DNA of 64,000 nt from assembly GCA_964234715.1 (NCBI GenBank), contig OZ174275.1, one strand, 5' to 3'. Origin of the DNA: Podarcis melisellensis (lineage: Eukaryota). Below the pieces are notes generated by a model. The model made no database searches. It was not told the origin of the DNA and saw only the letters and a program-made list of their open reading frames with translations. The position numbers and the translations under genes were made by a program. This document shows positions 1-11,750 of this stretch, piece by piece. The stretch's first letter is position 1. Every line of letters starts with the position of its first letter.

Positions 1-445
1 ATCAATCGTGTTTAAATGTAGAATGAAGGAGAGAAGGAAAATGGGAGGAGAAAATCAACCTGCATTTCTTCAACTGCATTTCATGCTGAGGGTGTTCAAA
101 CTTGTTTTGAACTGTACAAAGTATCTTGACTAGCTTTTCTGAATATGTCTTCAGAGCAAATCAAGGCAAAATAAAACAACTGCCTCTTTTCTGTGTTCTA
201 TACCCTGTTAAAGGACTCTGCTCACCTGTACATTCCATTCCTTTTAACCATGTATACAAGTGTTGCATTGAAAGAGCTGGCCCATTGAATTAAATGCAAA
301 CTAGTAAAGCTGTAAATAAGATATACATCCATCATCCATTAGAATACATGCTTTGTTCATGAACATACCTCACCAAAGCTTTGATGTCATCTCCAAGACC
401 TAGAGTTACCTGACCTCTGATCTCTGGAAACAACACAAGCAAGTA

Positions 446-660
446 CAGTGGTACCTCGGGTTACAGATGCTTCAGGTTACAGATTCCGCTAACCCAGAAA
501 TAGTACCTAGGGTTAAGAACTTTGCTTCAGGATGAGAACAGAAATTGCGTGGCAGAAGCGGGAAGCCCCATTAGCTAAAGTGGTGCTTCAGGTTAAGAAC
601 AGTTTCAGGTTAAGAACAGACCTCTGGAATGAATTAAGTTTTTAACCCGAGATACCACTG
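446..660 (+). mobile_element. Tc1/mariner (Tigger/pogo-like) MITE, family A copy 1
   Basis: TIRs CAGTGGTACCTCGGGTT / AACCCGAGATACCACTG; TA on both sides (444-445, 661-662); internal repeats of ttcaggtta; homologous copies at 16259 and 33863. Confidence 0.9.
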
Positions 661-979
661 TACTAATTTCTGACAATGTGCTTCAGGTTAAATATCCACT
701 AAAAAGTAGTCACTGGAAATAGTTGCTTCTCATGTGCACTCTTGCATGTGATGTGGGACATGAAACATATTGGGTGGAATTCAGTGTAGTGCTATGGCAA
801 TAGCACTTGCCCGATGCACTTTCTGCTTGCCCGATGGAAGAATCTCCCCTACTTTCCTTCTGTGTGCTGTTCTGGGCATTCTTCCAAAACTCTACAGCGG
901 ATTTGGGGGAGGAGAGGAGAAAAGCCGCACTGTACCACTGAGGGTCCTTTCACTCGCTTCCGCTAGTGGAATGGGTTAT

Positions 980-1310
980 TTACATCTGGACAATCAAACT
1001 AGTAGACTTCAATATAATGAGGAAATGTGTAGAGCCATTGTTAGATGCAGATGCATATCTAACACATCAACGCTTCTGTCTGGATTCAAGCCTATTTAGA
1101 AACTAGCAGATATTGCTCAGTTTTGGACCCGTGTTTAACAAAATGGCACACTACACTGATGTAGCATTCATTTTGTTCTACTAGACAGCTGTACTCTTTC
1201 TGTTCTTCAAGTATTAGGAACTATTGAAAAGACTGTACATCTAGAATACTTACTGTAATAATTACTCTGAAGTGATTGAATGCAGACACCTGATTCTATA
1301 TCAAAGGCGA
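980..1310 (+). mobile_element. Highly decayed L2/CR1-clade LINE RT fragment
   Basis: Remnants resembling QSGF(R/K)P (tctggattcaagcct), LLD and a YADDT-like segment near 1280; boundaries approximate. Confidence 0.35.
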
Positions 1311-1629
1311 ACATCCATCAACTCAGATGAGGTTCCAGCGCTCAAAGATGTCAAGTACTCTTAAGTGTTAGGCTTCATTGAGTTGAAGATACTCAAAACC
1401 TTTAAGAATCAGGTCCTTAATAGAGACAACTCTGGTTCATAATCCTGTGCTACCAGAAGACAGGGACCAAGTCTTGCATGTGATATTTCTCTCTACAAGG
1501 TATATATACACCAAAGAGCAAAGAAAAATATATATACTTTCCTCAAGGATTTGGCAGTTGAATGATTACCAGCAAGAGTGCACTCACACTTGCAATTTGA
1601 AACAACTATAGTTTTCTCCCACACTGACT

Positions 1630-1830
1630 TCTAGTGTAGCATAGTCGACTAGAAAATGAGTGATGGACTGGAAAGTACCCTGGTTCTTATTTTAAATCAG
1701 TCATGAACTTAGTTGCCTTATGTCAATTTGTAACAGGTGGATAACAATACAAGTTTGTTGTAAGGTTTACAGGGCTAATGCAAGTGAAGCATTTTGAGCA
1801 ATTTGAAAAAAATACTGTATAAATATGTAA
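1630..1830 (+). mobile_element. Old MIR/CORE-like SINE
   Basis: Degenerate tRNA-like head plus gtttgttgtaagg...gtgaagcattttg...ctgtataaata tail typical of MIR-like SINEs. Confidence 0.4.
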
Positions 1831-2164
1831 TCAGTACTAATACTGTTATTGTTCATACTGTGATGGGTAATGTTTATGCAGCCATGTCTGCTGTAAAATT
1901 TCCTTTTCCCATACAAGAGAAAATATAGTTATTATGGTATGGAAGTAGCCACGGCTGCCTTTGAAAAGAATATTCTATTAAGCTATTTGTCCTACCAAAA
2001 GGAGACCCATTGCTGCTGGCTCTTCCAGAACTTAAATAAATGCTAAAATTCTGTATGTCACATGGAAAGCTTATAAGAAGTGATGGGGAAATCCAGCAGT
2101 AATTTTAGTATTAAACTGTTAGTATTTGATCGTTTGGTCCAAGAAGGCATAATAGGCCACCTTG

Positions 2165-2262
2165 CTGATGCTAAGCTGGTTTGGGCCTAGTCAGTGGCTG
2201 GATGGGTAACTACATGTCCCCAGCTGTGCATTCTGTGATGGAGGAAAGGAAGAATCTAAACG

Positions 2263-2304
<42 letters not shown>
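2165..2304 (+). mobile_element. 5S rRNA-derived (SINE3-like) remnant with (AAT)n tail
   Basis: gctaagctggtttgggcctagtcagtggctggatggg aligns to 5S rRNA GCTAAGCAGGGTCGGGCCTGGTTAGTACTTGGATGGG; ends in an (AAT)n run. Confidence 0.55.
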
Positions 2305-2305
<1 letters not shown>

Positions 2306-2897
2306 GTAGTGAAACTAAGTCAAAATAGTGTCAAAATGCTGTGGCAACAGCAGTTGGTGAAGGATTAGCTCTGCTGTGGCATCTGTCCACTCCTCCCATT
2401 TTCAGTAAATTGTAGCAATGATTGTTTTTGGAAACAACAGTGCCCCGTCTGTGCCACCCTGTCAACCGCTACTGCACTGTGGATTTTTTAAACTGAAAAT
2501 TGAAATAAACACATCCCTCCTGAAGGTTAACTATTCTGGAATTTGCAATTTGAGTTTCCATCAAAGGTATTCATACATACCCACTGAAGATGGGAGTCTA
2601 ATCTAGACATGTGTGACAACATGGAACCTCAGTGGCTTTAAAATGGGCATGTTGCAGGCTTTATCCAACTTAGAAGGCCCTGTTTGTGAAGTACATGTCA
2701 AAGCAGACATATGTTTACTACAAGTAAATCTCTCCAATCTGAAAGGCACTTACTTGCATGAAAGTTTTTAGAATTGTAGACTTCACATATTCCTTCCCGC
2801 TCTAACGTATTTTAATATGAAATGCACACCTTATTAACATTAACTACAATGCTGTTCTTTATTTTGTGTGGTGTGTAAAGGGACAGCTTAGACAATG

Positions 2898-3234
2898 CAG
2901 ACCCTCCAAGTGTCTCTCTTTTCCAGGGACACCCATGATTAAGAGAAGCCGTCCCAGTTTCTGATTTGATCCTGGAATGTGCCACTTTTCCTTAAGGTGT
3001 CCCTATTTTCATTGGAGAAATGTTGGAGGGTTTAGAGTTATCCAGCCCCCAAGGGAATCCTGTAAAGGGAAGGTATTTTTTAAATGTTTAATGTTTTATT
3101 ACATTTTTATGTATGTTGGGAGCTGCCCAGAGTGGTTGGGGCAACCCAGTAAGATGAGTGGGGGTATAAATAGTAAAATTATCATTACGGTATGGGATGT
3201 CCCTATTGTCATTGGAGAAATGTTGGAGGGTATG
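2898..3234. mobile_element. Non-autonomous DNA transposon (hAT-like) carrying an L2-type tail
   Basis: TIR CAGACCCTCCAA / TTGGAGGGTATG; flanks gacaatg / tacaatg; right end duplicated internally (~2998-3031); LINE tail at ~3075-3185. Confidence 0.7.
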
Positions 3235-3411
3235 TACAATGGTGTAATTTCACGAACACATGCAGGACCGCATTCATGTAACTGGCTTCCTCCTTCTACC
3301 ATGCTCTAACTTTACACAAGTTTTTCATATTAATACCCCCCCCCCCATTTCCCTTAAAATATTCTTAATAATAGAATACATCTTCAACTCTGTAGCCCTT
3401 CTGAATGCCAA

Positions 3412-3605
3412 AGGACTGTAGTGCAGTGGTATAGCATCTACTTTGCATGCAGATGGTCACAGGTTCAATCCCTGGCATGTCGTGGAAGGGCTTGGGAATT
3501 TCCCTTATCTGAAACCCTAGATAACTGCAGCCAATCAGTACAGATAACACTGAGCTAGATGGACCAATGGTCTGATTCAGTATAAGGCATCTGTAATGGT
3601 TCTAT
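3412..3605 (+). mobile_element. tRNA-derived squamate SINE (Squam2-like)
   Basis: A box (tgtagtgcagtggta) and B box (ggttcaatccc); 3' part actgagctagatggaccaatggtctgattcagtataaggca; second copy at ~61125. Confidence 0.75.
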
Positions 3606-4715
3606 GAAAGTTAACACTGAAATTTTAAAATCATTTTCCTCTCCGAACCAAATAGTTTAACTCGATACTGACTACAGGGAACACACATAGTATAATATCA
3701 AAGTGAACCAATTGGGAGCTTGTAACTAGTTGCAGAACAGTTTTGAAACCTGTATACTCCACATCCCAATTATCTAATTTAAATACTGTCAAATGATTAT
3801 TCCTTTTAAATCACACTTTCACACCCCACGACTGCCAATTACAATACAATTGCAGCAAATTACTCTCATCCCCATCCTCCAACCCCTTTCTTCTAATATA
3901 CATGGCTGAAGTTCTAACAATCACAAAGGCAATTCTGCCTTAAACGTGTTTAGCACGTATTGTAGTAAGTCTCATACTGCAAAAAAATCTCTATCAAATG
4001 AAGAGAGAGATTGACATAAGAACAAAGTAACAATTGAAACAAAGTAATGGGATTAAAATGTACCTCAGGCATTGTTGATTTGTCTTATTGTAGCCAAAGT
4101 TACTGAGTTGGTATATATGGATACAGGCAGTTACTTATTAAAATGATAATTTTTATTTAAAGACGGCTATAGAAAAGGCAATGTAGTTCCCACCCAAATA
4201 AGTTCTACATGAATACAGTGGTTAAGCTGCTCATGTTTGCTACATGGAAAATTGTTTTGTGCATTTATACATTAGGACCATTTAATATGTTTATTGAAAA
4301 GTTTTTTTTGCCTTGGACATGGCCTCCTCATTTTCTCATAATCTAAACCTTTCAATTTATCCAGTATTTGTTATACATGGACCCGTGAGCCAAAAAATGG
4401 CACAGCCTGTACACTATTAAGCGCTTTTGTCCCATTGATTTTAATTGGAGTGTTAAACATGTGTTTAGCATTCTTCCATTGAAATCAATAAGAAGTGCTT
4501 AATTTTGGCTGATCATTCCCACATATAAGGCAAGCTGTAATAAATAGGATTAAAAAACAACAATGGTGTAGAGGCTAAAGACAATTAAAACCTCAAACAA
4601 AGTAATAATGTTTGGGGTACAATATCATTCAAGATAAACATTAATTTTAATATTTGTGTACCTAATCATACTGAAAGGAAATCAAATTATTCACAGTTCT
4701 GATCATTCCGTAGGC

Positions 4716-5149
4716 CAGTAGTTTTCAACCAGTGTGCTGTGGCACCCTGGGGTCCCTTAATGATGGTCGGTGGGCCGTGGGCAACACTGGCCTCTCATCT
4801 CTCGTTCCTTCCCTGCCTCCTCTGATGCTCTCATCTTTGCCTCCCAAAAGCTTGCACAGTTCCCCAGGCGGATGGTGCCTCTGGGGCTGGCCAGAAGGTG
4901 CTTCCCAGGCCTATGTAGGGCAGTGGGAGGAGGGGGCAGAGGAGGCAGCTCAGAGACCAGGGCAGGAGCTGCGGCTGCCCAGAGGACTTCCAAGGAAACA
5001 GGACAAGATAGGAGGCTGAAGGAACACTCCACAAGGGAGGGTGTTTGAAAACAGGTGATATAACTGGGGTCCTGAGCTCCACAGAGGTGCTGCAGAAAGA
5101 ATGTGGTTGGTTAAGAGAGCCATGGACCCAAGAAGGTTGAAAACCTCTG
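4716..5149. mobile_element. hAT (Charlie-like) non-autonomous element
   Basis: TIRs CAGTAGTTTTCAACC / GGTTGAAAACCTCTG; degenerate 8-bp TSD ccgtaggc / gcctagac; GC-rich interior accounts for the overlapping ORFs. Confidence 0.75.
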
Positions 5150-5159
5150 GCCTAGACTA

Positions 5160-5890
5160 TCTCATGGTATCTTTGGTGGCCTAGATTGCCTTTCACCAAC
5201 TTCATTTGGTAGGACACCTATGACCATTGATGGATTGGGATAGTTTGACCACAGTTGTACATGCTTTCGTAACCTCATGGTTGGATTACTGTAATGTGCT
5301 CAATGTGGAACCACATGTGGGGTTGGACTGGATGCTGCAGCTGCTGCAAAACATGGTGGTTAGGTTGCTTGCAGAGTCCAACTACCACCTGCACATTAAA
5401 CCTTCTTTGTGGGATATGCCAGTCTGCCAGTCTGTGACCAAGCCAAGTTAAAGGTGTTAGTACTAACATATAAGGCTCTATACAGCCCAGGAATGGGTTA
5501 TTTGTGAGACTGCCTTATCTCTTATATAGCCAGTAGATCCCTAAGGTCTGTGAGAAAGTTTCTCCTGCAAATTCCAAATATCTCATAGCCTGCTCTTCAG
5601 TACTGTAACTCAGAAGAGGGCTTTTAGTGTAGCTGCCCATGTTCTGCAGAAGGGCATTCCTGTTGAGATATGACACACACCCACTTTCTGGAAACAATTG
5701 AAGACATTTTTGTTCTGGCAGGCTTTCCCAGCTGAATAATTGATGTCTGTTTTTTATTGTTTTATTTTTGTTTTAAATGCATTGACTTTTTTTGGTTTGT
5801 TTTTAACGGTTTGGTTTTTTGCTGTTTTTATTGCACATCTCCTTGAGATGATTGTGTAGTAATAAATTAATGATAATAACAATAACAACA
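5160..5890 (+). mobile_element. L2 LINE 3' fragment (end of ORF2 plus 3' UTR)
   Basis: Translation SLTTVVHAFVTSWLDYCNVL...LQLLQNMVVRLL matches the L2 C-terminal motif (TSRLDYCN...LQLVQNAAARL); T-rich UTR and short-repeat tail. Confidence 0.85.
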
Positions 5891-6091
5891 TCTACTGGCG
5901 ACAATGAACATTAGACTGATTTAAATCATTTCTGGAAAGCATTTAGTTAGCCTTGGATTCTACTTGCAAATGTCGACAGGTTTGTGTCATGACACTTATT
6001 AATGACATTTGCAACTTGCCATGATAAATGTCAATATTTATGGGTAAATTATGGAAATGAGTATAAAAGTTGTTCTTTACCAGACACTAAG

Positions 6092-6525
6092 AGCACTGTC
6101 CTAACCCCCTGAGCAATATAGCTGGTGAGGGTTATGAACTGCTGGTCTCTACCTGCAAAGAAGCACCACCACTAGAAACCCCTACTGTGCCTTGGTGACA
6201 AGCTACTGCTGGCAGTGTTCCCACTTGTGGCAGACAGCTAGTGGTGGGCTAGGAGCGGGACAGGATGCCATGCTGAACTGTTTCCTGGGAAAGGGCTGTT
6301 GCACCAGCCTAAAGCTAGTGCATAAACTGAAAACCTCCCTTGCGTTCTTGTCCTGGCTGCCAAAGCCAGCAGGGCTGCAGAAGCAGCAGGGGATCCACTT
6401 ACTGTACCTCGCAGGCCCCTCTTAGGATTGCAGTGCTTGGCTAAATGTATACTTAGCTGGAAGTATGTCCCAATTGAACTCAACGGGGCTTACTTCTGGA
6501 GTATAAATGTATAGGACAACACTGT
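6092..6525. mobile_element. Old palindromic MITE plus adjacent short element of the same type
   Basis: Ends gcactgtcctaa / ttaggattgcagtgc, followed by an aagt..cccaattgaactcaacggggcttacttc unit; related pieces at ~8630-8710, 16083-16130, 25765-25830, 41095-41175. Confidence 0.5.
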
Positions 6526-6958
6526 TAAATAAGAACAAGAACATTCAAGGCAACATTACCTTCTGCAGAAAATAAAATAAAAGATTCACAGCCTAGTTTA
6601 CAACAGTGTTTCAAAATGTTATGAAGTTTCCTTGAGTGCATCTAGTGCAAGGATTATTTCTCTTCTATTATCTGATCTTCTATTATGGGAACTTTTTTTT
6701 CCTTTTCATTTTTAACATTAATCTGAGAGTTGATGGATTTTATCCCAAATATACATTGGGGCAATATGTTCATTAGGTTAACCAAAAACTCTCAAAATAA
6801 GAAGCAAGCTTTCAAGTTGCCCCAAACATTTTTTCAGAACTGATGGTGAGGTGAACAAAGTAGGGGGAGGGATTTGGCTGACCTTGAAGCTATGGAGTCT
6901 GCATTTAGTCACAGACTTGAAGTAGAATGTGAGAGAAGGTAGCATACATTATTGACGA

Positions 6959-7008
<50 letters not shown>
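6959..7008. repeat. (ATT)n microsatellite
   Basis: Direct read. Confidence 0.95.
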
Positions 7009-7009
<1 letters not shown>

Positions 7010-7674
7010 TCTAGTTATTTCACTTTAGCAAATATTTGGACATTTTGATTTTTTTATCAGAATATAAACAAAACAACATTAAAGAAGTTTCTGATATTTA
7101 ACATAACATATGCACACACTCTCTGTGTACATAAATTGAACATATGACAGACAGAAAAACAAGGGGGAGGTGTGACTTATGGTATGCTTACACAGAATTA
7201 AACAGGACCACTAACAAGGGATCACAGGGGCTATGCATGTGCCAGGTCCTGACCCAGAAGGGACTCCAGAGTCTTAGCTTTCTTTCCTTTTTTAAAAAAG
7301 CAAGTAATCAGACATTTCTGAAGAAAGTTAGAGCATGAAATGCAGAGGCACTTTGAAGGCTTCTGTGCCATTGCTAAGGACGCTTAATCACTTAATCACT
7401 GTTGCTAGGCTATCAGAGGAAGAAATGCAGACCACTCCCACCTGGGTATCAGTGGGGTTGCCCTTTCAGAGGAGCAGAAAAAGCAGAAGTGTATCATTGT
7501 TGCTGACGCTGGATAGAGAAGGATGTTAGGGTGTGTTTGTTTAAACAATTTCCTTGGTGTCCAAATTATTTCATTCTCTGCCCAAGTGTGCTGCCTTTAC
7601 AGAATAAAAGAACTGGGTGGTTTCCATATGTTCTACTAAAAACCCTTGACATAAATTAGGCTTTCTTCCTGTCA

Positions 7675-7703
7675 AGGAAGGAAGGAAGGAAGGAAGGAAG
7701 GAA
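7675..7703. repeat. (GGAA)n microsatellite
   Basis: Direct read. Confidence 0.95.
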
Positions 7704-8412
7704 GGGCAATTGCAACCCCTGTTCTTGGTTTTCTATGTCCCCCACCCAGCCATTACTGGTCTGCTTGCCATCATTGAGCTGTTATTTACCAGTACTGTAT
7801 ACAATAACCAGAAGCAAAAATATATAATGAATCAGCAAGCACTTTACGGCTACAGGTAGACTGTACTTTACCACAAGAATGCTTTCCTGTTCATATGAGC
7901 TTTGCTGAGAGTTCTGAAAGTGCACATATTTGTTGCATATTGTGGATTTTACTCCCAGGAGATTATATCTGTGTGTATTGTTTTCCCTCTTTTATGTTCA
8001 CAACTAGGTAGGCTGAGAGTTGGTAGTTCAGCCATCAAAGTTGTGAATCCACACATACTCAAGAGTATTTTTTGCTTGTTGATTATTTCTCAGGTTTGGC
8101 TTGCGCTCTCTCTCTCTCTCTCTCCTTGTAAATATCAGGACTATGAAATGTTGCAGCTAAAAGAAGGGGGCTGCTGTGACTGATATTATATATTTGTATC
8201 TTTGTTTTCTACTCAGGAGCTCAAGGTTGTGCACACTATCCTCCCTGCCCCCACTTTTAGAATTAGCATTAGGATCCACCCTTTTTCTGTAACTGTAATT
8301 TGTTTTTAACCTGTTTTTAATAAGGAATTTTATATTATTGTAACCCGACAAGGGACGTTATGGTAAAGGGTGAAGAAGAAATCAAGTAATTCTAACATCC
8401 CTGTGAGATAGG

Positions 8413-8506
8413 TATGTATGTATGTATGTATGTATGTATGTATGTATACATATCCCACCCATCTAGCTGGGTTTCCCCAGCCACTCTGGGCAGCTCCCAA
8501 CACATT

Positions 8507-8557
<51 letters not shown>
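8413..8557 (-). repeat. (TATG)n + L2-type tail fragment + (CAA)n
   Basis: cccacccatctagctgggtttccccagccactctgggcagctcccaaca lies between two microsatellites; same tail at ~3115, ~10856, ~41360. Confidence 0.8.
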
Positions 8558-8558
<1 letters not shown>

Positions 8559-9430
8559 TAAACAGCACTTATTGAGAATAGATTATGGGGTGGGGCGGCA
8601 ATCCACATATAACGTACCAGACCTAGGAAATCCTGTTTGCATCCCTGGAGTTAAGTCCACTGAGTTAAATTGGACTTATTTTTATGTAAAACTCTGCAAA
8701 GGATTGCAACCAGAGATTTAATCTGGATAGTAATGAAGAAACACATAATTTCTATCTGAAGTAAATTTCTAAGATTTGACTGTTATTTTTTTCTCTTGGA
8801 GTTATTGCTCTTGCAAGCAAGCATGCACAACTAAAGCACACACAGCTATAGGTGAAACACAAAATACCTTGATTTTTAACAGCTAATTAGGGAGATGGGT
8901 TTGGAAATCTATTGAAGTCCTCCCTCCTGCAGTGTACTAGACATGCAAATTTCACATTTACGCATTAATAGCATTCTGTGACTCATAAAGACCACATACC
9001 ACATGTTACAAACATTCTTGTTTGTCACCATCAACATTCTCATACTTACGTAAATAAAAGGGAGACATTTAAAGAGGGAAATAAATAAGGATAAAAACTG
9101 GTATGAATATTGAATGACCATTGTTGATTCAGATCAATGGTGTGCTCAGCTTTAAGTGACAGTGAATCTTAATATTTTCTAATCAACGGGAGGATGCATT
9201 TTCCATGAATGCAAAAAGCAGATCAGATTGCTAGCCAACATTCTCCCTGATCCTATGCTAGATCTAGCATTCATTTAGCAGGAAGCTACTCTATTTGCAC
9301 ATCCTGTATCTTCTCCCTAATAGGGGAGGGATACAAAAAATAAGCACACCCTCTACTGACAATTTATTTATTACAATTGGGAAAGCAGATATGCTCCTAT
9401 TGCTCTGTTCACAGATCTGTGGAGTATAGC

Positions 9431-9613
9431 CAGTGCTTTTTTCTAAAAAAATAAATAAAAATGTTTAGCGGTACTCGCATTTTGACTCAACCATATCACC
9501 ATTTTATTGTTCAAATCGGGAAAAATAAATACAGTAAATGGACAAAAGTACAAAGATTCACAAAATGTTTAGGGGTATGCGTACCCCTGCGTCCCTCCAG
9601 AAAAAAAGCACTG
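9431..9613. mobile_element. hAT-like MITE
   Basis: TIRs CAGTGCTTTTTTCT / AGAAAAAAAGCACTG; subterminal near-palindrome aggggtatgcgtacccct; TSD poorly preserved. Confidence 0.7.
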
Positions 9614-10886
9614 GAGAAGGCTGTGCGTTTTTGTATATATATTTTTCTGAAGAGTATAGATATAAACACAGTCGCCATTAACCTTAGTCTTAAGGTTAAA
9701 TCAGTAACATTTTTCATCTGTCAAATTGTGTTGCTTCAAGAAATAGCCTTCCTTCTTTAAAATAGCAAAACAAAATTATGAATGCCAATTGCCTACTTTT
9801 AATCCTTAAGATTCATCCTTTATGAACACGAAAATATGTATTTTACAGATACAGTTGGGTTAATCAAAGAGACCTCTCTGCACAGTCCTGTTCTTTTTAA
9901 GCATATGAAAGCAAAGATCAATTTTGGAAAGTTTGAAATAAATGCTCAATCTTGAACTAATACGGGTAACCATGCAGATTTAGTACCTTCATCTAAAATA
10001 AATGACATATTCCTCTCAATTTCCCATTCCTAATGCCATTGCATATCCCAGTTTAGCACCCACCTATCTAATCAAGTTACGCAGTTACTTTTATTGAGAT
10101 CAGAGTACCTCTGTGCTAATAAGCTAAAGGAGAGTAAATGCATTATATGTATATTTAGAAGTAATCTAATACTATCCTTGGGGAGGAAATCCTTCTTAAG
10201 TTGACTGCAAAACATAGTCAGACTTTGCGAAAAGAAAAGAAAAGAAAAAAGAAGTTAGTTTATGCATTTTACTTACTTTGGTAATCTACACATTAATTTT
10301 TAATGCAATTGTACAAGCTGTTGCATTTCAGACTTGCGGTGGGGGGGGGGGATCTATAGCCATGACTGGGTGACATGGTGCATTAATTCAATGTCCTTCA
10401 CTCCCAGGACCTTTTTAGTTCAGCTTGAAGAAAATAACTTTGATCTGAATGCCATGGAGGGAAAGAAAGCTACATATGAAATGCGTTTTGCTGGGTTTAG
10501 TGTTGTTTCTTATATACAAGACAACATATGACGATAAACTGCTTTAGCATGCTACTGATGTGGCTGAGGATTAACAGTAGACTACTCTTAGCAGCAACTG
10601 CAGTCTTACATATACATACACACGGAATTCCCAAACCACTGTCTCTTTTTCCATTGTCACACAGAAGTTGCACATAACACATCCCTTAAGAGTTTAGTCA
10701 GGCAAGAGGTAGCTTCTGATACTTGCTTCTGCTCATAGGAGCGTCAGTGGTCTCACACATTCTTTGGTTTTGTACAAAAATGAAACACAATTTTCTTGTT
10801 CATAAAATTGGTGTACCAGAGTTAGAAAATAAGTACATAATCTTGCAAATAAATGACTGGCTGGGGCAACCCAGTCATATGGGTGG

Positions 10887-10887
10887 C

Positions 10888-10926
<39 letters not shown>
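10887..10926. repeat. (CAA)n microsatellite after an L2-type tail
   Basis: Direct read; gives the poly-T and poly-L artefact ORFs. Confidence 0.95.
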
Positions 10927-10927
<1 letters not shown>

Positions 10928-11384
10928 GTGCTATTTACATCAAACATTCAGTGTTGCACCAACTAATCTGATGACAGGCCACAAACCTAATTTATGTAAG
11001 GGCAAAACACAGGCTAAAAATGGATTGATTCTCTTGATGTGGCTGTTTGCAAAGCCTGTCTCCTTTTCTTCTTGCAATGTATCCTCTCTCTACCGCAGAG
11101 AAACATGATTAGTGGCAAAACGATGACTAAACAAACTGAAACATTGGAACACCAGGGTAAGATTAACATTTTATCTGCTTACACCTCTGAGTTATGTAGT
11201 CCATCAACAAGCTTCCTTCCTTGCTCATCCAATTAAAGGTCTTGAAATAAAATATTTAAAAATGTGAAATAGCTCATTATTTGAATGCTGATGCATTAGG
11301 GCAAGTGTTGTGGCATTTAATTTATTTATTTCAACTGGAATGTTACTGTTTTGAGTTTTGAAATCTATAAAATGGCTGATTTTG

Positions 11385-11750
11385 CATATCACAGCAAACC
11401 ATGGTTTATTATGAGGGGAAGCCACAGTGAGCCTCAAATTTGTGTTGCCCCCTTCTCTCAGTGTGGAAGCTTTTGCTTCTGTTTCAGATTAACTATATTT
11501 AGTTCAAACTTGGTAGAGACTGTTTTTAATCTTATGAAATCACTTGTTCCAACAAATTATTTAAGACTAATAACATGGTTCTGATAAAGCACAGTAATGC
11601 TAAACTGTGGTTAATCAAAAATAGAAATGAAAGCTTCTGATCACCTCACAGCTGTGCTGGACAATAAGTAGGCAGGGGGAGTATATATGGTGCAAGGCAA
11701 CTTGTTCGCATCACAATAAACCCTGGCTTATTTTGACATCCAAATGCACA
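11385..11750. mobile_element. Old fold-back DNA transposon relic (aaaccatggttt / aaactgtggttaatc family)
   Basis: Internal inverted symmetry; shared motifs recur at ~14575-14850, ~32990-33110, ~38790-39140, ~40915-41070. Confidence 0.55.

Noticed and set aside
446-660. CRISPR-like array of ttcaggtta repeats (also tcgtcttgc at 25363-25615)
   Set aside because: Short irregular subterminal repeats inside TIR- and TA-bounded MITEs in a eukaryotic genome.
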